The notes below the pieces were generated by a model. That model had not been told where the DNA came from. It did not search any database and was given only the letters and a program-made list of their open reading frames with translations. The position numbers and the translations under genes were made by a program. 64,000 bases of DNA from an uncultured Bacteroidota bacterium (GTDB lineage: Bacteria > Bacteroidota > Bacteroidia > Bacteroidales > GCA-2748055): assembly GCA_937129385.1 (NCBI GenBank), contig CAKZNC010000152.1, forward strand, positions 7,260 to 71,259. The letters run 5' to 3'. Below are positions 27,561 through 35,580 of the stretch, one piece after another (the stretch's first letter is position 1; each line of letters begins with the position of its first letter).

Positions 27561-30500
27561 CTATCGATGAATCACCTTGAGCACCCTACTGTCATTTCCG
27601 GACCTGATATGAACAAAATACAATCCCGGGACCAGCGCTTCTCCTTCTTCCCAGGTAATCCTGTTCGTTCCTTCAGTAAACCATTCATCTCTCAGGGTTG
27701 CCACCATTCTGCCGGAGGATGACCAGAGTGTGATTTTCACATTGTCATCTGTTGCCAGCCAGAAGCTGATGCTCAATTGCCCCGAGAAGGGTGAAGGATA
27801 CGCCGAAACGAACTGCATGGCATAAAGCTCAATACCAGTCGTATCCGTATGGTCTGTTGTGTCGGTATGGTCTGTTGTGTCAACCGGGATAATTACCGGG
27901 TCATAGATACTATTGCGTGAAAACGGCGTACCCCCGTGTTCCGAGGAAGCTTTCCAGCTTTCGGGCAACAGGTTGTCCATGCGGGGATTCACAAGCTCAA
28001 GGGTAGGCCCTTGTCCGTTCGGCTCTTCCGGCCATGGATCACTGATGCCATAGATCACATGATCATGCAGGTTGCCATCCGGATCATAGAGTCCAATGCC
28101 ATCACCCAGGCTGCTGAGACCAAACGACAAATCCCCTACGATGGGGTCCGATTCAGGATAGAAACGCCTGAAATCCGGCCTGTGCCTGGAAAAAATCATG
28201 TATCCCCCGGATGGCATCACTGTACCGGGCGGAATGTAAAAACTGTCCCGGGAATATCCATCCACCAGCGACCAACCCTTGAGATCAACACTGACCCCGG
28301 ATTGATTGTAAATTTCGATCCAGTCTTCTGTGTTCATATCCGGAGAAGAGGCATAATTGATCTCATTTATCACAAGATGTGTTGTGGAATCCACCGATTC
28401 AAAAACAGCTGTGAAATCTGCCGGACCACTCATTCCGTAACTGAATGTGGTGGTGTCCCCGGTGAAATCACCCGTCCAGTGAGAAAAAACAAATCCGGGC
28501 TGCGGAACAGCCTCCAATAAAACTGGAATATCTTTAAAATACAACCCGCTGAAGGGATAGGCGTCGGGCTCTATGTTGCTTACGAGGATCTTCCCTGCCT
28601 CTGGATCGGAAACGTTCAGTTCTATCCTGAATGTATCAGTAATCCCGAACCTGTCCATCAAATGCTGCCTCATGTAGTCTGGTCGCTCCCTGAAATAGGT
28701 CCTCATACGCTCAACACTTGCAAGCCAGTTGGGATAGCTGAGCCAGTTATTGGGATCCCCGATCCACCTGTCGTAATGATCCGGAGCCTCACTGATCAGT
28801 CTCTGTTCAAAAGAATCAATGACCGGGATCACCATGTCGGGTCGGAATGTAACATTCATCCTCCCGGCAAACTCGTTGATGAACCTATTCCTGAATCCTT
28901 CATTTCCAATCAATGAGTTGATCATGGCAACTGCCCACGGCTGGTTGGCCCAATTCTGTACTTCACCTTCGCCCAGTGCAAATTCAAGTGTATTGTAGGT
29001 ATATGCAGTATGATCCCAGATGGAATAGGCAAAATCGGTATCGAAAGAGATCCAGCGATATTTCGAGCCTGGTGCGCTGGTCGACCAGAACTTGTTGTTA
29101 TTTGCCGGCCAGTCTTTGTTATCTACATACACATTCAAGGCATAAAAACTGGCGTAATTCTGCAGGTCCATCATCTGGCCCGCATAATAATAGTTTTGCC
29201 AATTGCTCAAGTCATTGCCAGTTATGAAATTGTACATTGTATTATAACTTTGAACACTCCCATGGATGAGACTTCCCTGTCTTTCCACCAGGTTGACATC
29301 GTCGGGATAAACATGATGGTTCTCAGCAATAAAGTGCTCATTGATCTTCTCACGCATGTTGATCATGCCCCAGTATTCTCCATTCAAATACATAACATAG
29401 GGTTGATAAGCCTGGTGATCTACATCCATCTGCGCTGAAAGATGCGCCGATAATGCATCCCGGAAGTTACCATTGCACCAGTCATTTCCACTGTTCCTGA
29501 GTACGAATGCCTCAAAGCTGTCGATCTCCTTCTCTTTAAACAATTTATACGAAAAACTCCCGTCTCCATAACTTTTCCTGGCAAAGAATGACATGGACTT
29601 CTGTGGATGTGCCCGTGACCATCCACCGAATATTTTTGTTCCTGCATCCTGTGAAAGCAACAATTCATGATCCTCGTTATAGATCTCAAAATGGGCAGGA
29701 CGCTCCCAGTCCTGCCAAAAATTGGCACCTTGATGTGGACTTTCATCAGCTGCATTGGGTCCCATGACATAGATTCCTGCATGATAATCCCAGAGGTCAT
29801 CCGGATCCATTGAAACTGAAATGATAGGCAGTTCATGGCCATTCCCGATGAAACAGGTATGCGTTGTCACAGGACCCGGCAAACTGTTGGGCCGGATGAT
29901 CCTGGCTCGCACCACCGTTGTTTCATAAAAATCGAGGGGCGAAGAATAAATCGTGCTGTTTACATCTGGCTCCGAGCCATCAACAGTATAGTAAATCTGA
30001 TCATCTGTCAAATCAGTCTCCATGTGAAGACTTTGTACTGTTCCAAAATCCTGACCCCCGATGATAAACCTCACCGAATCTGTAAAATATTCCGTTGAGT
30101 AATCCGCGCCATTTGGTCCTCCCGGGGTAGGATCAGCATAATAGCCGAACTGTCCGGGATCTCCCGGAGTGCGTCCGTAAGAAAAATCTGTTGGCAACTG
30201 GATGTTTGCGATCTGATCAACTATATTACCATCAGTATCTGACAGGTAGATGGCCTCACCCTCAGAAGTGATCTTGAAATTGGTATGCGGGAAATTATCT
30301 TTGATGGTCAGGTAAGGATTACGGTAGAGCAGTTCAGACTGAAAACTGCTGAATCCCAGCATTAAAAATGGATTGGCAGTCAGGTCCGACGATGAACTGC
30401 TCACATTGTGCACCTCTATGGCCAGGATATTGGATCCCTCTTCAAGCAAATCAACATGCGTTGCGAGACTAAAAGATTCCGGGGGGGTTCCGTTGTACAT

Positions 30501-31187
30501 ACTTGCCTCATGATCTCCGGCCGGGGCCTGGTCAAAACTGACCGGCGTGCCAGGTGTACCCATATTCGCACTCCTCGCAATCTCTGTTCCGTTCAGGTAT
30601 GCAACAAATCCATCATCGTAATCCATGAATAGCGTAGCATCTGTCACCTGGTCCACGCCCTCCACGAAAAACTCCTTTTGCATGAATACCGATATGGCCG
30701 GCGCAATGATCGTTGAATCATCATCGTCACCATATCCAAAGCCGGCCTTCCCTGTAGACCAGGAAGAGGTGAAATCGGTCGAAGACCTCCATTCGCTACT
30801 GATGCTTGCCCCTGGTAGCGCATACCTCCATACCTCCCCGGTATTGATCACCGTATGCCAGTAGGAGAGCCCGCTCCTTATGTCTTTTCCCGAAGCAAAC
30901 AACAGGAAATAGGCCCCTTCATCGAGTTCCATGGCAGGTATGTTCCACTTGTGCAGTTCAGTCAAATCATCTGAGATCCAATATTGTCCCAACTGCACAC
31001 TCCCGGGACCCGGGTTGTAGATCTCGATCCAATCCGGATAATTATTGAACTGGTCTTCCAGCGTGGATGCATTGGAAGCCATCATCTCATTCATCAGCAA
31101 CTGTCCGCTTAAATGGCCATTCATATTGATGGTCAATGCCAGTAGTATCAGCAAGGGCATGATGCGCCCACGGGTCATCTCATTCAT
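27561..31187 (-). CDS. CotH kinase family protein with two lamin-tail (LTD) domains and a T9SS C-terminal sorting domain
   Basis: 1208 aa. LTD signatures LLMNEMMASN...YPDWIEIYNPG (N-terminal) and LVINEINYASS...EDWIEIYNQSG (C-terminal). CotH core (FVLRNSGNDW, YLNGEYWGMINMREKI). C-terminal YPSPFSGQLSISF...GLYFVHIRS...VLKVIH matches a T9SS type A CTD. Confidence 0.85.
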   Translation of the reverse strand: MNEMTRGRIMPLLILLALTINMNGHLSGQLLMNEMMASNASTLEDQFNNYPDWIEIYNPGPGSVQLGQYWISDDLTELHKWNIPAMELDEGAYFLLFASGKDIRSGLSYWHTVINTGEVWRYALPGASISSEWRSSTDFTSSWSTGKAGFGYGDDDDSTIIAPAISVFMQKEFFVEGVDQVTDATLFMDYDDGFVAYLNGTEIARSANMGTPGTPVSFDQAPAGDHEASMYNGTPPESFSLATHVDLLEEGSNILAIEVHNVSSSSSDLTANPFLMLGFSSFQSELLYRNPYLTIKDNFPHTNFKITSEGEAIYLSDTDGNIVDQIANIQLPTDFSYGRTPGDPGQFGYYADPTPGGPNGADYSTEYFTDSVRFIIGGQDFGTVQSLHMETDLTDDQIYYTVDGSEPDVNSTIYSSPLDFYETTVVRARIIRPNSLPGPVTTHTCFIGNGHELPIISVSMDPDDLWDYHAGIYVMGPNAADESPHQGANFWQDWERPAHFEIYNEDHELLLSQDAGTKIFGGWSRAHPQKSMSFFARKSYGDGSFSYKLFKEKEIDSFEAFVLRNSGNDWCNGNFRDALSAHLSAQMDVDHQAYQPYVMYLNGEYWGMINMREKINEHFIAENHHVYPDDVNLVERQGSLIHGSVQSYNTMYNFITGNDLSNWQNYYYAGQMMDLQNYASFYALNVYVDNKDWPANNNKFWSTSAPGSKYRWISFDTDFAYSIWDHTAYTYNTLEFALGEGEVQNWANQPWAVAMINSLIGNEGFRNRFINEFAGRMNVTFRPDMVIPVIDSFEQRLISEAPDHYDRWIGDPNNWLSYPNWLASVERMRTYFRERPDYMRQHLMDRFGITDTFRIELNVSDPEAGKILVSNIEPDAYPFSGLYFKDIPVLLEAVPQPGFVFSHWTGDFTGDTTTFSYGMSGPADFTAVFESVDSTTHLVINEINYASSPDMNTEDWIEIYNQSGVSVDLKGWSLVDGYSRDSFYIPPGTVMPSGGYMIFSRHRPDFRRFYPESDPIVGDLSFGLSSLGDGIGLYDPDGNLHDHVIYGISDPWPEEPNGQGPTLELVNPRMDNLLPESWKASSEHGGTPFSRNSIYDPVIIPVDTTDHTDTTDHTDTTGIELYAMQFVSAYPSPFSGQLSISFWLATDDNVKITLWSSSGRMVATLRDEWFTEGTNRITWEEGEALVPGLYFVHIRSGNDSRVLKVIHR
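27847..27882 (-). repeat. 18-bp x2 in-frame tandem repeat inside the CotH gene
   Basis: GTATGGTCTGTTGTGTCG followed by GTATGGTCTGTTGTGTCA. Encodes the DHTDTT DHTDTT linker just before the T9SS CTD. Confidence 0.9.
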
Positions 31188-31218
31188 GTCCAGATCGTAG
31201 TTTTAGTAGTTCTTTCCG

Positions 31219-31728
31219 TTAGTCCTTCTCCTCCTCCGGGGTTATATCCTTGATATTGTTCCGGCGTTTATTCAATGTACTTTTCAGTTTTCTTTTCCCG
31301 CCGCGCGGATGTTTCCATTCCGCATTTTTCCTGAATGAAGAGGGGATAAAGGTAAATTTAATTCCGAATTTCCGGGCAAGCATTTCAAGACCGATCAGGG
31401 AAACCGCACCGCCCGGCAGGATGATCGCTGTGGTAAAAACAGAGAACCTTCCTACATCTTTCAATTGTTCAACCGCCTCTTTCACCTCCTCTTCCGAGGG
31501 CGGGGTGGTTCTTCCATTGAGGTCCAGCTTATGCTCCAGCATCCTGAAAAATGAATGCGCCATCTCCCTGGTCTCCTGGGCCTCGTTGCCAACCTGGTGC
31601 AAGCCATGTTCAATGCGCACTTTTGCTCTTGCAGCAAATTCGGATGCATTTGAGGCATGTTCATGCATGCGATCCTTCCCGAACACCCGCTTCATTTTGT
31701 CTCCTAACCAGTTTTTCCTCCTGTTCAT
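31219..31728 (-). CDS. Hypothetical protein (possible LETM1-like membrane-associated protein)
   Basis: 169-aa ORF with an ATG start, a basic C-terminal tail and one hydrophobic segment (FSVFTTAIILPGGAVSLIGLEML). The family call is tentative. Confidence 0.5.
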   Translation of the reverse strand: MNRRKNWLGDKMKRVFGKDRMHEHASNASEFAARAKVRIEHGLHQVGNEAQETREMAHSFFRMLEHKLDLNGRTTPPSEEEVKEAVEQLKDVGRFSVFTTAIILPGGAVSLIGLEMLARKFGIKFTFIPSSFRKNAEWKHPRGGKRKLKSTLNKRRNNIKDITPEEEKD

Positions 31729-31853
31729 ACTGTCATTCGTTCATCGAACTTTATACTGCCTGTTCCATCAGCCTCAGCTTCTTAAAATCTTAACGCATGT
31801 AATCGCACGTCAGTTCAATCCTGCTATCTTCTGATTCTTTAATTTCATCCTTC

Positions 31854-32858
31854 TTAAAGTTTTTGATAAGCCGCTAGCACCTTGTCAATGATTTGGTTAT
31901 TTCCCTCGTCAATGACCATGCGCTCCTTCTTGCTTTCAAACCATTGCACAGTCTTTTTAATACCCTGCCTGAATGGAATGGTGGCTGTAAATCCTGGTAC
32001 ATACCGTTTGATCTTTGAATTATCAAAAATGGTGCTCACAGCTTTATCACCCAGCAGGTTTCCGCGCATCCATCCCTGTCCCATCTCATCTGCAACCTGG
32101 CATATAAAGTCTGTGGCGATGTGAACGGCATTGAGTTCCGCTCCTGCAGCATCCGCCACAGCTTCATATACCTGGTTCCAGTTCAGCAGCTCATCAGATG
32201 TGATGTGAAAACTCTGACCTGTGGCTTGCTGATGTCCGAGTAACCCGACAAAAGCTTTTGCAAAATCCTTCGAGTGTGTAATGGTCCAGAGCGAGGTTCC
32301 GTCACCATGGATGATCACAGGCTTTCCCTTTTTCATCCTGTCAATAATGGTATAATCCGTCCAACTTCCAATCGCCACAGGAATCACCGTATCATAGGTG
32401 AGGGAGGGCCTGACAATCGTCACAGGGAATCCTGTCTCACGGTAGCTTTTCATCAATAGCTCCTCACATGCGATTTTGTCCCTTGAGTAGTCCCAGTAGG
32501 GATTGGCAAGGGGCGTGGATTCTGTGATTACGGGATGTGAAAGGGGTTTCTGGTAGGCTGAAGCAGAGCTGATAAAGATATACTGATCAGTCCTTCCGCT
32601 AAACAGTTCCAGGTCACGTTCGACATCTTCCGGTGTAAAAGCGATGAAATTGGCTATCACATCATAATGAACTTCTCCGATCGCCTTTTTCACTGAGGCG
32701 GCGTCGTTGATGTCGGCTGTGATCTGACGCGCCTTTTCAAGACCGTCTATATCTGTTTTTCCCCTGTTGAGAAGGGTAACTTCAATACCCTGATGTAAGG
32801 CGAGCCTGGAACAGGCAGCGGAGATATTTCCCGTCCCTCCTATGAATAATACTTTCAT
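31854..32858 (-). CDS. NAD-dependent epimerase/dehydratase family protein (extended SDR)
   Basis: 334 aa with MKVLFIGGTGNIS (a GxxGxxG Rossmann motif) and YSRDK, matching the catalytic YxxxK. Confidence 0.88.
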   Translation of the reverse strand: MKVLFIGGTGNISAACSRLALHQGIEVTLLNRGKTDIDGLEKARQITADINDAASVKKAIGEVHYDVIANFIAFTPEDVERDLELFSGRTDQYIFISSASAYQKPLSHPVITESTPLANPYWDYSRDKIACEELLMKSYRETGFPVTIVRPSLTYDTVIPVAIGSWTDYTIIDRMKKGKPVIIHGDGTSLWTITHSKDFAKAFVGLLGHQQATGQSFHITSDELLNWNQVYEAVADAAGAELNAVHIATDFICQVADEMGQGWMRGNLLGDKAVSTIFDNSKIKRYVPGFTATIPFRQGIKKTVQWFESKKERMVIDEGNNQIIDKVLAAYQKL

Positions 32859-32929
32859 GATTTTTAGATTGTGAATTCCGACAAGATACTAAAATATCAC
32901 TGCCACAGAAAATCATTGGTTGGAGAAAC

Positions 32930-35566
32930 CTACAGCCGCAGCCCTATCACGCAGATATCATCCACCTGTGCGATCTCGCCCATCCATCGATCGAGGGTGT
33001 TCGCAAGGATCTCTCCCTGCTCTTTAAGCGGACGCTGAGAATTTTTCAGCAATAGCTTTTTAAAGGGTTTGTACATAAACTTCTTGCCCTTCTTTCCCCC
33101 GAACTGATCTGCATATCCATCGGTAAACATGTAGATCGTGTCTCCCTTTTCCATGTTCATTTCATGGTTCCTGAATTTGTCCATCCGGTCGTAATGAGCA
33201 ACCGGCATCTTATCGGCAGGGATCTCGTAAAGGTAAAAATTACCGTCCTCGAAGTTTGGTTCAAGTTTGACATCTTCAATAACAGGACCTTCATTTGACT
33301 TTTCCCGTACCAGGTAAAGTGAATTGTATGCCCCTGCAAAAGCCAGCTTTCGCTCCTGCGGATTGAAGCTGATCAGGGCCATGTCCATCCCATCCCGCTG
33401 TTCTCCTGAAATGCCTTTCTGGCCCATTGCATTGATAATCTCCTTTCGCATGCGCCGAAGGATCACGCCAGGGTGCGTAATGTACTCTTTCTGAACGATC
33501 TCCTTAAGCAATGACATTCCCATCATGCTCATGAAAGCCCCCGGTACGCCATGTCCTGTACAATCAGCAACCGTCACCACCAGCTTTCCCTCCACCTCGG
33601 CAAACCAGTAAAAGTCCCCGCTAACAACATCCCTTGGTCTGAGCAATACAAAGTGGTCTTCCACCTTCTCCTCCAGGAAATCCAGTGCAGGTAATGCTGC
33701 TGCCTGGAGCCTTTCCGCATAGGCGATGCTTTTCAGAACCTCTTCGTTATAGGCCTCTATGGCTTGTTTCTGGTCGTATACAAGATTGCGCTGTGCCTCG
33801 ATCTCGTCACGCTGTGTGGAGATCTCCTCGTTTTTCTGTTCCAGGTCTATGTTCTTCTCCTCGATCTCCTTTTTCTGCCTTGCAAGCAACAGGTTTTTCC
33901 GTCGTGTTGAAATCAGGCTCACCAGGATCAGGATGGCCAGTGCACCTGCACCGATTGCCATCCACCGGAATGCCTTTTTCTCTGCACGCTGCTTTTCCGA
34001 TTCAATCTCTGCAAGCCTGGTCTTTTGATCTGCGATCATGGTCTCCCGCTCTGCTGCCTGCTTCGCCTGCTCCTCCTCCTTGAGTTTCAATTCCGTAAGT
34101 AGTTTTTCCTGTTCGAGCAGCTTGTTTTCCCGCTTTTGGCGGTCTACCTCAAATTGTTGCTTCGTGATGATCATCGACTGCCTGAGGCTGTCCTGCTTCA
34201 GAAGTTCTAAATTCCTCTCCTGCATGATCAACTCCTGCTCCTGCTCCATCTTCTCATTTTCGAGGCGCAGCTGACCAATGGCAAGCTCAGATACCTGGTC
34301 CTCCTTGAGCCTGAGCCGTAAGGCACGCTCCTGCTGTTCAAGGAAACTTTTCCTGCTCTCCAGTTGCTGGATCCTCACACGTCTTGCAAGTTCAAGTGAA
34401 TCCCTGATCGAAAGATATTTCTCATAATACTCCAATGCATTCACCGGGTCATTCCCCCTCCGGAGCACCGCAGAATAGGTCTGGTACGCCTGTGCCTTGA
34501 GTAGGAGGTCCCCGGCCATTACTGCCGACTGAATTGAGCGCCTGCTGAATAATCCGGCATTGTACAAATCCCCGGTGGTGAGATACAGCGTGGCAAGCAT
34601 GTTTTCATTCCTGGACAACTCACGGAAGTATTCAAGTTCACCAAAGATCTCAATGGCCCGGGTAAATTGAGGAATTGCCTCTTTCTCTCTTCCCATATTC
34701 GAATAGGCAACGGCAGCATTGCTACTCATGGTTGCTATATCGAGCCGACTGATATCTGCCTTTTCCGCCTGATCAATGGCCGAAATATAAGCCTCGGCAG
34801 CCCTGGAATCAGCGCCCAGCATGGTGTGGTAATAACCGGTATTATTGAGTACCCGAACCACTTGTGCATGATCCATTGTTTTGCGATATATCTCCAGCAA
34901 CTCCCTGCTGTAATGCAATGCGCTGTCATACCTGCCCGCTGCATCAAAAACGGTGACCAGGTCCTGGGTGAGCCTGGTCCAGGAATCACTTCCACGAAAA
35001 CTGCCGTTCCTCAAAGACCTGAATATCTTAATGGAGGTATCATATTCCCCGTCATGATAAGCTGCAGTTCCGATCCTCGACCTGAACGCTGTCCTCTTTT
35101 TTCCTGAACCCTCCCCCAAAAGTTGCAGCAGGTTATCATAGTACGCACGTTCCCGTGAATAGACCTTTTCTGATCTGTAGGCAACGGCAATCTTTTCATA
35201 GAGTCGGATCAGATCCGTAGTGTCATTCCGGACTTCATGCAATCCTGCCGACCTGAGGTAATAGGGAATTCCATTGGATGACTGGCCCATTTCATGATAA
35301 ATGTCACCCATCAGCTCCAGGATCTTCAATTCCATATCACTCTTCTCACCGGACATGGAAAATTGCAGGGCGCGTTCTGCCAGGTTCAGTGCCTCAAGGT
35401 AGCTTTCCTGGGCATAGAACGAGTTTGCCTGCCTGTACATCTCCAGAATATCTTCCTGTGAAGACACCGCGGTCTCCGTCCCTGGTTGTGCATTTACAAC
35501 AAATGACGGCGAAAGCATCAGCGCAGCGAGTAAAATCAGAGTATGTATGTGGATCCCGTTTCTCAT
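32930..35566 (-). CDS. TPR / coiled-coil / single-TM / SpoIIE-type PP2C protein phosphatase
   Basis: ATG at 35566 (the track start at 35575 is GTG). Signal/anchor LILLAALMLSPSFVVNAQ, multiple TPRs, a long E/K/Q-rich coiled coil and a TM segment WMAIGAGALAILILVSLIS. C-terminal PP2C motifs VSGDFYW, VADCTGHGVPGAFMSMMG and FTDGYADQFGG. Confidence 0.85.
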   Translation of the reverse strand: MRNGIHIHTLILLAALMLSPSFVVNAQPGTETAVSSQEDILEMYRQANSFYAQESYLEALNLAERALQFSMSGEKSDMELKILELMGDIYHEMGQSSNGIPYYLRSAGLHEVRNDTTDLIRLYEKIAVAYRSEKVYSRERAYYDNLLQLLGEGSGKKRTAFRSRIGTAAYHDGEYDTSIKIFRSLRNGSFRGSDSWTRLTQDLVTVFDAAGRYDSALHYSRELLEIYRKTMDHAQVVRVLNNTGYYHTMLGADSRAAEAYISAIDQAEKADISRLDIATMSSNAAVAYSNMGREKEAIPQFTRAIEIFGELEYFRELSRNENMLATLYLTTGDLYNAGLFSRRSIQSAVMAGDLLLKAQAYQTYSAVLRRGNDPVNALEYYEKYLSIRDSLELARRVRIQQLESRKSFLEQQERALRLRLKEDQVSELAIGQLRLENEKMEQEQELIMQERNLELLKQDSLRQSMIITKQQFEVDRQKRENKLLEQEKLLTELKLKEEEQAKQAAERETMIADQKTRLAEIESEKQRAEKKAFRWMAIGAGALAILILVSLISTRRKNLLLARQKKEIEEKNIDLEQKNEEISTQRDEIEAQRNLVYDQKQAIEAYNEEVLKSIAYAERLQAAALPALDFLEEKVEDHFVLLRPRDVVSGDFYWFAEVEGKLVVTVADCTGHGVPGAFMSMMGMSLLKEIVQKEYITHPGVILRRMRKEIINAMGQKGISGEQRDGMDMALISFNPQERKLAFAGAYNSLYLVREKSNEGPVIEDVKLEPNFEDGNFYLYEIPADKMPVAHYDRMDKFRNHEMNMEKGDTIYMFTDGYADQFGGKKGKKFMYKPFKKLLLKNSQRPLKEQGEILANTLDRWMGEIAQVDDICVIGLRL

Positions 35567-35580
35567 GCCATTCACTCACA

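Noticed and set aside
31250-31834. 194-aa plus-strand ORF overlapping the 169-aa minus-strand hypothetical gene
   Set aside because: It is Ser/Phe/Leu-rich with no start context. The minus-strand ORF has a plausible ATG and charged/hydrophobic organisation. Neither has a family match, so the locus is only medium confidence.
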